64,000 nt of DNA, from assembly GCF_018350175.1 (NCBI RefSeq), contig NC_058381.1:38812001-38876000 (forward strand), read 5' to 3'. Position 1 is the first letter of the stretch, and every line of letters starts with the position of its first letter. Made by a program: the position numbers and the translations under genes. A model generated the notes under the pieces. It searched no databases. It saw nothing but the letters and a program-made list of their open reading frames with translations, and was not told the origin of the DNA. Of this stretch, positions 26,336-40,575 are shown one piece after another. Source of the stretch: Felis catus. Lineage: Eukaryota.

Positions 26336-26633
26336 TCCATATGCACCTTTGTACACGTGTTTGAACTCTTGTGCATTGACAGCTTATATTTCTACCTGAG
26401 GAGATACAGCTATCCATCCTACAAGTATCCACCATTTCCTAAAAACATAGAGACACATAGTCCCAGTAGTCATTGTTTTTATTCCTAGCTATATTAATTA
26501 TTCCCCAAATTCATTCACAGAACCATTCAGTTTCCTAAGAACTAAATTGTAAAATTAACTTCCAACAACTTGAATATAAACTAAAAATCATAAAAAGTGA
26601 GAAAATGGGTAGCAAATTAAAATAAATATATGG

Positions 26634-26765
26634 GGGGGGCACCTGGGTGGCTCAGTCAGTTAGGCATCCAACTCTTGATTTCAGCTTAGGTCATGATCTC
26701 AGGGTCATTGGATCAAGCCCCACATCAGGCTTCAGGCTTCATGCTGGGTGTGGGGGCTGCTTAGG

Positions 26766-26801
<36 letters not shown>

Positions 26802-27060
26802 CATCACCCACTCATTCTCTCTCTCTTTCTCTGTCTCTCAAAATAAACTTAAAATTTTTTAAGTGAATAAATAAACATATGGGGGCACTGGGTGGCTCAG
26901 TCCGTTGAGCATCAGATTCTTGATTTTAGCTCAGGTCATGATCCCAAGTTCATGGAGCTGGGCATGAAGCCTGCTTGAGATTCTCTGTTTCCTTCTGCCC
27001 CTCCCCCACTTGTGCATGCAATAAATAAATGAATAAATAAATAAAATAAAACAAAATAAA
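26634..27060 (+). mobile_element. Two tandem CAN-SINEs (~26634-26870, ~26881-27060)
   Basis: Two 'gggcacctgggtggctcagtc'-type heads, (ct)n tract and A tails. Confidence 0.85.
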
Positions 27061-27299
27061 CATATGAATATAGCAAGCAAATAGAAAATATGCAAAGCTA
27101 CTTGGTTTCTATAATTGGTCCTGAGGTTGTAATTGATACCCATGTATTCCTTCTTCAACTACTCATTCCTTATTTTTCTTGCCCTCAGCCAGACAGTTGC
27201 TCTGGTTCTTTATCTTGTAGAATAACCAAAACCTTCATTCCCAAGGGGTATGGGTCCTCATATTCTGCCCTTTTTTATTGTTGTTGTTGCTATGTAGTT

Positions 27300-28070
27300 T
27301 TCCATTAACTTTTATTATTAGGCAAGGATGAACTAAGAGACACCCCAGAAAATCTCCTGGGTTCCAGAAACACTCCTTCTTGCCAACATTTTGTAGCAAC
27401 ACAGTTATCCCTTAGTAATCAGGATCATCACTCCATCCAGTAGGTTAATATCCCACCTCCCTTTTTTCTGGCCATAGCATATGGAGCTTAAATGTCCAGG
27501 TGGCAGTCTAATCTTCCAATTCAGGCAAGAGCCATTGTTTCCTGGTGGAAGCATCCCACATTTGAGGGCAAAGATCTCCAAACCAGTAGAGCTCAAAGTT
27601 GCCAGTATAGGAAGCAAAAATTCTGCAAGTGGGTTATTATGTATAATTTCCCACTCCTATTTGCACCTCTGATTTCTGAACTATTCTGGCTATGAGGGAG
27701 ACAGCACTATATATTGGTCTCTGATTCAAAGCATATACTGCATCCTGTGAAACAGAACCCCTTCATTTCAGGGTATTGTCTCCCAAAGGACACTGTAACT
27801 GAGATTTTTGTAAGCCATTTTTCTTTCAGTTGCTTCTGGGTGATGGGGCATGTGGTAAGATCATTTAATTCCATGGTTATGAGCCCACTGCTTCACTTCT
27901 TTTGCTTTGAAGTGAGTTCCTTGATCAGACACAATGCTGTGTGGAATGTCATGATGGTAGATAAGGCATCCTATGAGTCCACTGGTGCTGGCAGAAGCAT
28001 TATGAGCACAGAAGGCAAATCCACACCCAGAATTTGTGTCTATTCCAGTAAGGTCAAATCTCTGCCGTTT
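27300..28070 (-). mobile_element. ERV-L pol relic: integrase core plus downstream dUTPase-like region
   Basis: Minus strand translates RFDLTGIDTNSGCGFAFCAHNASA...HDIPHSIVSDQGTHFKAKEVKQWAHNHGIK*SYHMPHHPEA (integrase, with a stop) and GLEIFALKCGMLPPG...LNWKIRLPPGH (ERV-L dUTPase-like). Confidence 0.85.
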
Positions 28071-28374
28071 GGACAGCTTTACTCTGTCAGCATTAACACA
28101 TATTAATGAATATAATGTTGCCCTGAGATAGACTACTGCATTATTCTTTTTTATTTACAGTAGCATTGTCCCATTTTTAAACAGAATTTTATAAAAGTGA
28201 GAAACAGAATATGAACATTTGAATGATTGAATTCTAAGGGGAAACTTCTGTCCCCTCAAGAATTAAATGTCTCCTTGAAAACAGAACTATCACCGGGACC
28301 ATCCTAGAGAGATAGATGCCTAGGGGGGATTCAAAGGGAAAAGCTCCATCTGCTCCCAAATGATAGCTGACACA

Positions 28375-28590
28375 TGTATAGCACTGTGTACCAGGTACTA
28401 TTCTAAATGTTTTTGATGTATTTATTCAGTAGTCCTCATGCTCATAATAGTAGGTACATACTCATTATTCACATCTTATAGAGAGCAAACAGAGGGACAT
28501 AATTGTTAAGTAATTTGCCCAAAGTCACACAGCTAGTAAGTGGTAGAGTTGGCATTGGAAGTCTCCAGCATCTAGGCTCTTAATAATTAG
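28375..28590 (-). mobile_element. MIR
   Basis: Core 'gttaagtaatttgcccaaagtcacacagctagtaagtggtagag'. Similar MIR cores occur near 45540-45710, 46400-46625, 48190-48395, 50240-50470 and 53020-53185. Confidence 0.75.
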
Positions 28591-30000
28591 ATGTTCCATT
28601 TTTCATAGGAAGTTTTAGCTTAACAGGTAATAACTATTCCTAACATTTTATATGAGCTCTTCATATAAAAGTTTAATAAAAGTGCCCATTATGCAAATAA
28701 GATATAAACAAAATACAAATTTTAACCAACCCCAGTGAGGGAAAACTAACAGTACAGGTTAAAGGGATAACTAGCAATGGTGCTGAGTACATAAGATTGC
28801 CACCTGCTGCTTTCTGATGATGTGAGTTGTGACTTCACTTTCCTTCCCCTGCTCTTTAGATAATCTCACAGCATGTAGGCCCTGCTCTTAAATTTGTGAA
28901 TTTTTTTCCTAAGCCCAGAAACTATTTTCTCCTTTTACATATTGTTTTTCATCCTCCAGTGTCTTTTTACACTTTAGATTGTTGACATATTGCATCTTAA
29001 CTGTGTTCACCTTTGGCAAGCTTTCCTTACCCCACAGCCCATGCATGTGATAAATGTTTCTCAGGGCCCTTCTTGCCTTCCACGTTCAGTTTCATAAGCT
29101 TGTCAGTCCCTCGGAAGGAAGAATGTCAGTAGATAAATTGACAGATTAGTATGATTACCTTTAGCTCTATGAGTAGAATAGTTTTAGTCAAAAACAAAAC
29201 TTGATCTCAAGAAAAATAATTTTTAAGTTACAATAATGGGTAAAAACACAAGATTGCCAGGTTTGTGCAGGTGTCAGTGACCTAGAGTAGAAATTATTTT
29301 CTTACCATAGCAGGCTTATCATTTCACCAGTAACCCATTTTCAGAATTGAAAATTAAGTAGCCAAGAAAGAACAAATTGTAGCTGTTAGGAAGTAATATA
29401 AATTCAGACAGCTATGGCACAATAATGATTTATGTAGGTCTGAAAGCTCCTGAGGTTGCAGAAACATGATTGGTGCCAAAGTATCGTTCCAGAGTGTCAG
29501 CGTTTATTATGAAGACTGCTAGAAATTTGAGGCAGTGTTTGGATAAACAGATACTATGCTATCACTTTGGATCATCCCAGGGTAACACATTGATCATCTG
29601 GTATCTGAATCCAGAAACAAATAGAGAGCAATGAAGGTGTTTGGAAAACAAAAAAGATAAGGAAACAGGAAGCAAAAAAGAGAAAGAAGTGGTTTAAACC
29701 ACCAACCACTGATTAGAAAAGGTTGCACAACAACTCAGAGGGTAGAGGAAGTACACTTCAGTCCAAATTTTAGCTTGAAGTCCATTTCTTGCAGACATAG
29801 ATCACACAGCTTTTGACTGAACAGGCTCCTGGGCCCTCCATCATTTCTGTGGAAGTTTTCTAGAATGTGGCTCACATAGAAGGAAGTCAGCCAAATTTTA
29901 AAATGCAGAAGAAGACTAAATTGAGGATAAAGATGCGTGTGTGTGCCTCTCCTTTCCTTCTGACCCAGCTCTCTTAGAGTCTAATATTCAGTGGTCTTTA

Positions 30001-30070
30001 TTTATTTTTTTTAATATATGAAAGTAATTGTCAAATTGGTTTCCATACAACACCCAGTGCTCAGCCCAAA
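30001..30070 (-). mobile_element. Extremely truncated (~70 bp) carnivore L1 3' end with TSD
   Basis: Reverse complement of 'agcactgggtgttgtatggaaaccaatttgacaa...' plus poly(A). TSD attcagtggtcttta (29986-30000) / attcaatggtcttta (30071-30085). Confidence 0.8.
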
Positions 30071-30689
30071 ATTCAATGGTCTTTAAAGCATCTCCCAAAA
30101 TATGTCTGTCCTGATTGACAGGAAACAAGTGAGGAAAGTCTGCAGTCTATGAGTGGAAAGACCCTGGCTTTCTGATTCTAGTCCTGGCGCCATCATTTTC
30201 TAGTATATCTTTGGCACAGACCATTTTCTCATCTCAACTAATACCAGTTTCAACCTCTCTTACAGTATAACTTTATGTAGTCATATAATATATAAGAAAG
30301 AACTTTGTAAACCATAAATCAACAATTTCAAAGCTCTGTATTAGATTGTGGGACATATAGATAAAGAGGTGATTCTATACAGCTAGGAATCCATGGCTTT
30401 CACCATAATTTGTATACTTCAGTCAATAAGCTTTTATTTACTACTAGTATTATGCTCAGTAGTCTCAGTCTCTGTCACCAAGGAGGGCACAGACTAGCGT
30501 CTGAGATAGGTTAGTACAGTACTGTTTAAGTGCTATTGTGACCTAGATGGCAGCTTAGGACCCTCTGTCCCTTGAATATTTCAGTGGTAGACTTTAGGGA
30601 AGATTTCAGAAGGCAGATGAGGAAGGGTTTACAGGGCCACAACAGATGCAAAAAGCTTCAAGTGGAATAGTAAACATCACCATTCTTTC

Positions 30690-33600
30690 TTTTTTCTACC
30701 ACTTTTATTGTGAATTATAACGTGCATACAGAAAAATGTATTACAGACAAAAGTATAGCTTAACAAATAATTGTCAAATAAACATCTGAGCTACCCACCA
30801 CCTAAGTGGAGAAATATAATACAAGTAGCATCCTAGAAACCCACCCTTTTCCCATGCACCCCTCCCTGATCATATCCCTCCTTCAAAGAGGATGATTAAA
30901 AGGGTGCCTGCGTGGCTCAGTTGGTTAAGTGTCTGGATCTTGGCTGAGGTCTGTATCTCAGGATCATGAGTTCAGACCCCACACTGGGCTCCATGCTGGG
31001 TGTGGAGCTTACTTTAAAAAAAATAAATAAATAAAGAGAATGCTCTGTAATAATAATTCTCTTCCTTTTCTTGGAGTTTTACCACCAAAGTGTAGACTCC
31101 TAAACAATATAGTTTCCCTATTTTTGAACATTATGTAGAGAGAATCATATTAAATATATTCTTTTATGCCTTGATTCTTTCTAAAGGTTAATTTCATGTA
31201 TCATTAGTTCATTTATATCCATTGCTGTATAGTATTCCATTACATAGGTATACAGTAATCCCTCCCCCGCTTATCTGTGAAGGATACATTCCTGTGAGGG
31301 ATACATTGTAGATAGTACCAAACATATCCATTAGGATTTTCTCTTTTAAAAAGTTCTATAGAAGACTTTTATCTATTTTTCTGTTGGGTCATCTTTTTTA
31401 ATTGATTTATACAAGCTCCCTATACTGGATACTTTGCTTTGTAAGTTACATATGTTTTAAATATCTTCTCCCACTCTATTGTTTGTGTTTTCGCCTCTTT
31501 ATGATACCTTTTGATGAACGTAAGTTTTTAATGTTAATATAATTTTACCTTTCACATTTAGATCTAAAATCCACCTGGAATTAATTCTTACATATGCTGT
31601 GTGGTAGGGATCAAATTTCATTTTTTATCCATGTGGTCACTCAGTTGTCCTGCACAATTTGTTGAAAAGTCTAGCCTTTCCCCACTAATCTGCAATGATA
31701 CTTCTCTCATATATGAAGTGTCCATTTACACATGAGAATCTATATCTGAGCAGTCTCTTTTGTTTTTCTATTTGTCTATCCCTGCTCTAATGCTGCACTA
31801 AAATATTATAGTTTTTATAATCCATCTTGACAATCTGGTAGAGCAGATTTTTTCACCTCATTCTTCAAGAGAATCATAGCTATTTTTGCCCTTTTGCACT
31901 TCTGTATAAATTTTAGAATCAGCTTAAGTTATACACACACACACACAGAACTGTTGAAATTTTGTTAGAATTTTATTGTATCCAGAAATTAATTTGGGAA
32001 GAATTGACATTTTCACAGTACTGTTTCTTGTAATCATTCTTCAACATAGTATCTCTTCTTTTAATTAAGTCTTCTCAGGTCTCTCAATAAGATTGTATAA
32101 CTTAATGTGTTAGAACATTTCCAGACCTTTTGTTAGATAGATTCCTAGGTATTTCATATTTTGGGTGCTATTACAATGAGTATTTTCCAAATTTCATTTT
32201 CTGTTGATGTATATAAGAATATGATTGGTTTATATGTATATTGATTTTAGCAAATTGCTAAATTATCTTATTCACTTTAACAATTTATCTGTAGACTCTT
32301 TTGGGTTTTCTATAAACACATTAGATCACCTGCAAGTAATGTTATTTTCTTTTTTTAATCCTTATATATATATTTGTTTGTTTCTGTTTTTGTTTTTTTA
32401 CTTACACCTTCTATACAGTGTCAGACACAATGATAGTAGGCATCCTTATTTTGTTTCTCATCTCAGAAAGAAAGCTTATAACATTTCACCATTAAGTATG
32501 ATATTTACTGCTGATGTTTTATAATATGGTTATCAGATTAAAGAAATTCCCTTCTATTCCTAGTTTTCTAGGAATTTTTATCATGAATGGAAATTGAATT
32601 TTATCAAGTACATTTTCTGTATCCATTATGATGATCATGTTATTTTTTTTCTTAAACTGTTAATGTCATGAATTACATAAATTAATTTTTCAATGTTAAA
32701 CCAACCTTGAAATCCTAGATAAATCTAACTTTGCCCTAATGTATTATCTTTTCTTCATTGCTGGATTGGTTTGCTAATATATTTTCTTATTTTTTCATGT
32801 AAGTTCATGGGTAAAACTGGCCAGCATTTTTCTTTCTCCTGTTCTTGTTAGATTTTACTAGCATTATAAATGAGTTAGAAAGTGCTTCCTCTTTTTCTGT
32901 TTCCTGAGTTTGTATAAGATTGGAATTATTTATTCTAGAATGCTTAATTGAATTTACTGGAGAAACCATTAGGCTTGGAATTTTCTTTGTGGGAAGATAT
33001 TTTACTACTATAATATGCTTTGTGATTATAGGATTTTTCATATTTTCTGTTTCTTCTTGGTTTAGCATTAGCAAATTATACTTTTCTAGGATAGTGCCCA
33101 TTTCATCTAAAATCTCAAATTTATTGGTATAACATTGTTCCTTATATTCTCTTTTTAATGCCTATCTATAATAACATCTGTAGGACTGTCCACTTTATTT
33201 GCTCACTTTTTTTTTTTCATTCTTGTCAGAGGAATGTCTACTTTATTAGTCATTTCAAAGATCTGATGTCTGTCTTTATTGAACCTTTTTATTATTTGTT
33301 TCCTATTTTATTAACTTGTGGCCTGTCTTTATTTTCTTTCCTTTTATTTGTTTGGACTTATTTTGCCAGCTTTTTTCCCTAGCTTCTTGATATAGGTACT
33401 TAACTCTGAATTTTTTTCTTTTGGTCTTTCTTCTTTTCTAACATGAATAATTAAGATGATACATTATTGTTCCTCTAAAAACTGGCTTTAGCTTAATCAC
33501 ACAAGTTTGATATGTATATTTTTCTTATTGTTAAACAAAAAAAAAAATTCTAGTTTTCACTAGGATATCTCCTTTGCTTGACTCATGGGTTATTTACACA

Positions 33601-36480
33601 TATGTGCCTTACTTCCCTAAAATTTGGTGATATTTGGTAATGTTTTCTTAGATTTCCAGGTTGATTGTATAGGGGGCAGGGAAGATGCTATGTATGATGT
33701 CAATCTTTTGAAATATGTTGAAACTTATTTTATGGCTCAACATATGGACAATGTTGATAAATATTTCAGGCATATATTCTACAGCTGTTAAGTACAGCTT
33801 TCTAAATATGTCCATTAGGTTAAGTTTGCTGATCATGTTCAAAACGTCTATATTCTGACTGATACTTTTAGCTGCTTATTCTGTTAATTACTAAGGGGAG
33901 TGTGTTATTTTCCCTATGGTTGTATATTTGACTATTTTGTCTTCTGATCTGTCAATATTTGTCCTCTGTATTTTGAGGCTATATTATTATTACATAACAA
34001 TTCAAAATTGTTATATCTTCCTGGTAAATTGAAACTTTTATCATTCTTAAGTGACATTCTTTGCCACTAATAATTCTTTATGCCTTAAATTTATTTTGCC
34101 TAATGTTAATATAGCCACACCAGTTTCCTTTTGGTTAGTATTTACATATCCAATATATTTCTATCCTTTTATTTTCAATATTTTATGTCCTTATGTCTTA
34201 GATATGTCTCATAAGCAGTGAATAGATAAACTTATCCATTCTGACAATATTAGCATTTTTACTGGTTCGCTTAGCCCACGTATATTCAATGTAGTTTCTA
34301 ATACATTTGGATTTCATTCCATATTTTCCTTTGGGTTTTTTATTTGTTTCATCTGTTCTAGGTTTCTCTTTCACTCATTTTTTGTATTTGTTTCCCAAAC
34401 TGGTTTGTTTCTATTTTGTTAATGATTACCTTAAAAATTATAGCATGTAGGGGCGCCTGGGTGGCGCAGTCGGTTAAGCGTCCGACTTCAGCCAGGTCAC
34501 GATCTCGCGGTCCGTGAGTTCGAGCCCCGCGTCGGGCTCTGGGCTGATGGCTCAGAGCCTGGAGCCTGTTTCCGATTCTGTGTCTCCCTCTCTCTCTGCC
34601 CCTCCCCCGTTCATGCTCTGTCTCTCTCTGTCCCAAAAATAAATAAACGTTGAAAAAAAAAATAAATAAAAATAAAAATTATAGCATGTATACTAAATGA
34701 TGAAAGTCCAAATGAGGCAATACCTTTTCTTTCTTCCCAGATAAAATATAACCCTTAGAACACTTTAAATTCAATATATTATTATATTATTTTATTGATA
34801 CTTAATCCCAAAAGATACTATTAATATTGTTTTATTATTTTTATATACAATTATTGCTTATTTAGATTTAACAATATATTTACTAGTTTTTGTTATTATT
34901 GTGCTTCATTACTTCTTTTATCTTAGACTTTTCTTCTGGGATCTCTTCTCTTTGGCAAGTATTTAATGAGAACTTACTGGTGGAAAACTCTCCCAATTTT
35001 TGTCAAAAAAATAACTTTATTTACCTTTGTTCTTAAATGATAGTTTTGCTAAGTATAAAATTTTAGGTTGGCAATTATTTCAACACACAGAGGTTATAAT
35101 TTCATCATCAAATGACTTCCCTTAAAGTAAGTTTTAGTTAAACTGTAACTCCTTTGAAGGTAAGCTATCTTTTTCTCTGGTTGCTCTTAACATTTTGCTG
35201 TTGTTCTGCAATTTTACTATGACTTGTCTAGATGTGGAGTTCTTTTTATGGATCTTGCTGTTATGCATTGAGCTTCTTGAATCTGTGGCTTAGTATCTTT
35301 CATTAGCTCTGCAAAATTCTCAACCATCATCTCTTCAAATATTGTCGTCTTCTTAATCTCATTTTCCCCTTCTTTTGGAACTCTGATTGAACATATTTAA
35401 TACCTTTCATGCTATCCTCCATGTCTATTGACCTCACTCCATGTTTTCCATCTTTTGTCTCTCTATATTTTGAGCATTTTTCTCTGGTTTCAATTTCACT
35501 GTCTCCTCAGGTATGTCCAATATATTCTTTTATCTGTTCATTAAATCTTCACCAAAGGATCAAATTTTTCATTTCTAAAAGTTATATTTGGTCCTTTTAC
35601 AAATATGACAGGTGACTTTTTATAGTTTCTTCTTGCTATTGATTTTTCAAGCTCATTTTAAAATTTCTTTAAATGTAATAAGTATGTTTATAAACTAGTC
35701 TAGTAATTCCAATAAGGATATATTTCTGTGCCTCTTTTTGCTTTTGTTTCTGCTTATTCTTGTGTCATTTCCTTGTGTGCTTTGATACTGTTTGTTGTGA
35801 ATAACTCATTGTCCTTAAAAAATTATTTGTAGAAATGAAGATGATGTCTTCCTGAAAGATGTGTGTTTAATTCTGACTAGCATCTAGACACACAACCAAT
35901 CCTGGACACTCACAAACTAACTTTGCAATTTGAGATTCTCTGAAACACCCAGATGATGTAAATCCAGGCTAAGTTATCTGAAAACACAAGCCTATGCCAC
36001 ATTTCAGAACTTTTTTCCTTTCTTTTTTTCTTTAACCCCTTAACCCAATACCAAGAGTCTTCCCTGCAGGTGAGGCAAAAGTTATGGGTTTCCTGATGAT
36101 TCAGTCTTACCTCAATGATGTAGCCCTTTGAAATTCCAGTTAATATGGGAAAGATCTCCTTTAATTAGATTCCCTACCTTGGGTGGGTCCTTGGCCTTGA
36201 TTTCTAGACTCATCAGTCTACAAGGCTGGCCAAAGCAAAGCCCTAGCTTGCCTGGATTTGTAAATCCCCTTCATATGAGGAAAAATTACATTAGTGTTCT
36301 AATACTTCACTTATCTCCCTGGGTCTCCTTTTTAATTATTTTGGCTTGAGTTTCTTATCAGTTTCTTGTCAACAATTAGATGCTTTTTATGAATGTTTTT
36401 AAATTGTCTTATCCAACATTTAAAATTGTTTTCTGTGGGAGAGCTGGAGCAAACAATCTAGCTCACTATTTACCAGAAAC
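30690..36480 (-). mobile_element. Long, highly decayed L1M element interrupted by SINEs
   Basis: T-rich sequence with ORF2-like remnants on the minus strand (LEKYNLLMLNQEETENMKNPI; ISKLNLMDIFRKLY...HMLSHKISFNIFQKIDII). A SINE lies at ~30901-31035. Confidence 0.75.
34450..34673 (+). mobile_element. Young SINEC_Fc with perfect TSD
   Basis: TSD aaaaattatagcatgta at 34433-34449 / 34674-34690. Near-identical to the copy at 16046. Confidence 0.92.
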
Positions 36481-37152
36481 ACGTTTGGTATCACCATTCT
36501 TAAATGTTTTTCATATGTAATATCTACAAGTTTTTACTACCTTGCCCAATTTCAGCCTCTCTCTGTCTTGCCTGTGCTTCCCTGTCTCTCCATTCTCTCT
36601 CCTTTCAATGTCCCTCTCTAACATCTCAGGAGCAAAATCAATAAATTCCTCATTTTGTTTCCTACAAAGTAGTTTTCCCCCTTACCCAAGACATCCAACT
36701 CCATAGGATCGTATTTGTACCCAGGTGGCTTAACTAACATTTCTCCAAAAGGGTTTCCTTCCCTAAAAGGGTAGGTGCACTATGTTTGGAAGTCTCTAAC
36801 TCAGCCTGGAGAGATACAGGAAGTATCAGAAGGGAGTAGTACTTAAGCGAAGAGTTATGAAGAATAAGTAAGAGTTAGTGGAGTCTCCCACATCTCTCCA
36901 AGCTCAAATAATGACTATTGCAACTGCCCCCATTTCAAAGTCATCTCTATCACCAGTTTTAACTGCTGGAATAGGAAATTCCTTTTGCAGACATATGCAG
37001 TTGATGTATTGAACTTCATATGGGAATCAGAAATGTGAGGTGAAGGAAATCAGCAGATGAAATATGAACCTCAAGCTTCTGGGTTAGTTCAATCTAACCC
37101 AATAGACAAGTACTCCCTTGCTGAGACTGTGAGAGGACAGAAAAAAATTCTT

Positions 37153-38297
37153 GGGGCACCTGGGTGGCTCAGTGAGTTGAGTCCAACTTTGGCTCAAGTT
37201 GTGATCTCATGGTTCGTGAGTTTGAGCCCCACATCAGGCTCTGTGCTGAAAGGTCAGAGCCTGGAGTCTGCTTTGGATTCTATGTCTCCCTCTCTCTCTG
37301 CTCCTCCCCAACTCATGTTCTCCCCTCTCTCTCTCAAAAATTAATATACATTTTAAAAAACAAAAAAAATTATTACTGACAACTGGTAATTCTGAGGTTG
37401 AGCCAGCCTTATAAAATTTGGGTGTCTCCCAAACTTCTTCCAACTCAAAGGCACTTCTGAAAAAAACAATTGTTTACTGAGCCCTAGCAAAGATTTAAAG
37501 TTAGATTTAAACTCTGTTTTCCAGAAACTTTTACATTAGTGAAACAGTGTACTAATAATTTCAGTATAATATGATGAATGCCATAATAGAAATACATTCA
37601 ATGTGTTATGGGTCATACAGAACTATCCAAATTCTTTGGGTAAGTAGGATGACTACTAAGGAAGGAATATTTGAACTGTAGTGTAAAGGGTAGATAAGGT
37701 GCAGAAAGGTAATCTACACAGAGGGAGAGTGAAACCTGTATTTTAAAATGTTTATTTTGAGAGAGAAAAAAAGGGGGCAGAGGGGCAGAGGAAGAAAGAG
37801 AATCCCAAGCAGGCTCCACACTCTGTGCAGAGCTTGATTTGGGGCTTGATCTCATGAGGGTGAGATCAAGACCTGAGCCGAAATCAAGAGTTGGATGCTT
37901 AACTGACTGAGCCACCCACGCGCCCCAGGAAACCTGTATTTTAAAAAACTTATCATCGTAGGGGCGCGTGGCTGGCTCAGTCAGAAGAACATGTGACTCT
38001 TGATCTAGGGGTCATGAGTTTAAGCCCCACATTGGGCATAGAAATTACTCAAATAAATAAAAACTTTTTTAAAAATCTTTTAAAAATTTTTTTAACGTTT
38101 TATTTATTTTTGAGACAGAGAGAGACAGAGCATGAACAGGGGAGGGGCAGAGAGAGAGGGAGACACAGAATCTGAAACAGGCTCCAGGCTCTAAGCTGTC
38201 AGCACAGAGCCCGACACGGGGCTCGAACTCACAGACCGTGAGGTCATGACCTGAGCTGAAGTCGGATGCTTAACTGACCGAGCCACCCAGGTGCCCC
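37153..38297. mobile_element. Four CAN-SINEs (+37153-37370, -37749-37926 with TSD gaaacctgtattttaaaa, +37961-38065, -38085-38297)
   Basis: SINE heads and tails read directly. Confidence 0.85.
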
Positions 38298-39059
38298 TAA
38301 AAAATCTTTAAAAAATTAAAAAATAGCATGTGATTGTACAAGTAGATGGCACATTTAAATAAAAGGCCAATAGTTTAGTGTGGCTGGAATCAGAATTTAA
38401 GGAAGAGGAAAGGGGAAAATGTTGGAGGTAGGAGGGGACCACCCTGTCACCTTTTATTAAACACTTTAATAGGTACCTTTGATTTTTTTATAATATTCTT
38501 CCTACTTTGTATTTCTTGTTCAATATTCATCCGTAGTACTGGGAAGTCAATAAATACTATCTAAAGTTAATAAATCAAGAACAAATATAAGAATATCATT
38601 TTTAGTTGTAATAGTAACAAAAACTAAAACAGTGGTTGTCTCAAGAAAGTGGGACTAGGTTTATAAGGTAAAAGAATTTAAGAAGAAATTTTTATTTAAC
38701 TTTTTTGTATTCTTCTGTTTGTTCAAGTATGTTCATGTGTATATATTGTTTTTAAAATAAAAATTTTTATTGTAGTTAAAGAAAATACTTAAAGTGGAGT
38801 TAAAAAAAAAAAAAAAAAAAAAAACAAAACTTAAAGTGCCCAGATCTTAAATGTATAGCTTAATAATGTCTACACAGGTAAACATCCACATAAACACTAT
38901 CCCAATCAAAATATAAAATATTTCCAATGCCTCAGAAGATTCCTTCATGCCCCTTCCTATCCAATACTGCTCCCACTATTTGGACTTCTACCACCATCAT
39001 CCAGTTTTCACTTCATTTATATGGAATTATACACTATGTACTTAAAAAAAAAAAACTTT

Positions 39060-39274
39060 TTTCTTTTAATTTTTTTTAATGTTTATTTTTGAGATAGAGA
39101 GAGGCAGAGCATGAACAGGGGAGGGTCAGAGAGAGGGAGACACAGAATCTGAAACGGGCTCCAGGCTCTGAGCTGTCAGCACAGAGCCCGATGTGGGGCT
39201 CGAACTCACGGACCGCGAAATCATGACCTGAGCCGAAGATGGCCGCTTAACCGACTGAGCCACCCAGGCGCCCC
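39060..39274 (-). mobile_element. SINEC_Fc inserted in an old L1 fragment
   Basis: Reverse-complement SINE ending 'gccacccaggcgcccc'. Confidence 0.88.
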
Positions 39275-39491
39275 AACTTTTTTTTTTTATTGATGTATAA
39301 TACAGTGAAATATACTGATCTTAAATGTTAGCTCAATGAATCTTTATATATTTCCAGCACCCCAGGAGATTCCCTCATGCCTCTTTCCAGTTAAGACTAT
39401 TCCCACTAAGATAACCACTATTTTGAGTTCAACAACCATTGATTAAGCATTCCCTGCTCTTGAGCCTCATATAAATGGAATCATACAGTAT

Positions 39492-39918
39492 TGTGGTGGC
39501 CATGGAGGATGCCACTCAGATTTTTCTTTAGGAGAACCTGCTTCAAGAAGCAGAGTTGACTAACAACCTCTAGCTGCTGCCCTGTAGATCTACCTCCTGA
39601 GATCAAGCTCCCCTGGGCTGCTTCCAGCCAAAGGCTGAGCATGGTAGGGACACTAGAGCCTGGCCATTTCTGCCTGATGGGGGCTCCTCCAGTAGACAAC
39701 CTTTGCTGAAGTCAACTTGACTGAGACTCTCAAAACTGCCCTGCATTCTGAGACTCTTCCTACTCGATTCTTCCCTCCTTCTCTCCCTTCACAGGTTTCA
39801 AACCTGCACTGAAGACTTGTCATTCCTCTCCCTTTATTCTTCACAGGCTCTTCCCTTAAAAAGACTTTGGCATGTCTAATTCTAGTTTGGCACCTGCTTC
39901 TCAGAGGACCCAAATATA
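39492..39918 (+). mobile_element. LTR16-like ERV-L solo LTR within an old L1 3' end
   Basis: Starts 'tgtggtggccatggaggatgccactcagat' and ends 'ggcacctgcttctcagaggacccaaa'. Family from recollection. Confidence 0.6.
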
Positions 39919-40369
39919 AATATGTTCTTTTGTGTCTGACTTCATTTGCTCAGCATTGTCTGTGAAAGTCATGCATACTGTTATGTATAGCAGTAATATG
40001 TTCTCTCTTATTGCATAAATATGGCACAGTATACATATCCATCCTAAAGTTATTGGACATTTGAGTAGTTTTCAGCTTGGGGCTCTTATGCTAATGTTTT
40101 TGTAAATGTATATCTTTTGGTGAAGACATGCACTCATTTCTCTTGGGTACGTGCCTAGAAAGTGGAGTCGCCAGCTCATAGGCTTGTGTTTAGTAGATAT
40201 GTCAGTTTTCTAAAGTGGTTGACCAATCTACACTCCCAACAGCATCTACAAGAATTCTTGTTGCATATGATATTTTTACAAATTTAAAAGAAAAAACAAC
40301 TCTAGTGCAAAAAATAGAAAACAAATTTGTTATATCATCCTAGTTTCATGTTTAAATTACCATATTTTG

Positions 40370-40575
40370 AGGTTTATTTATTTATTTTAAGAGAGGGAGC
40401 ATGCCCATGAGTGGGGTAGGGGCAGAGAGAGACAGGGAGAGAGAGAATCCCAAGCAGGCTCCACACTGTCAGTGCAGAGCCCGATGTAGGGCTCGAACCC
40501 ACAAACCATGAGATCACAACCTGAACCAAAATCAAGAGTTGGACACTTAACTGAATGAGCCACCCATAAGCTCCT
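40370..40575 (-). mobile_element. CAN-SINE
   Basis: 'gagagaatcccaagcaggctccacactgtcagtgcagagccc'. Confidence 0.85.
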
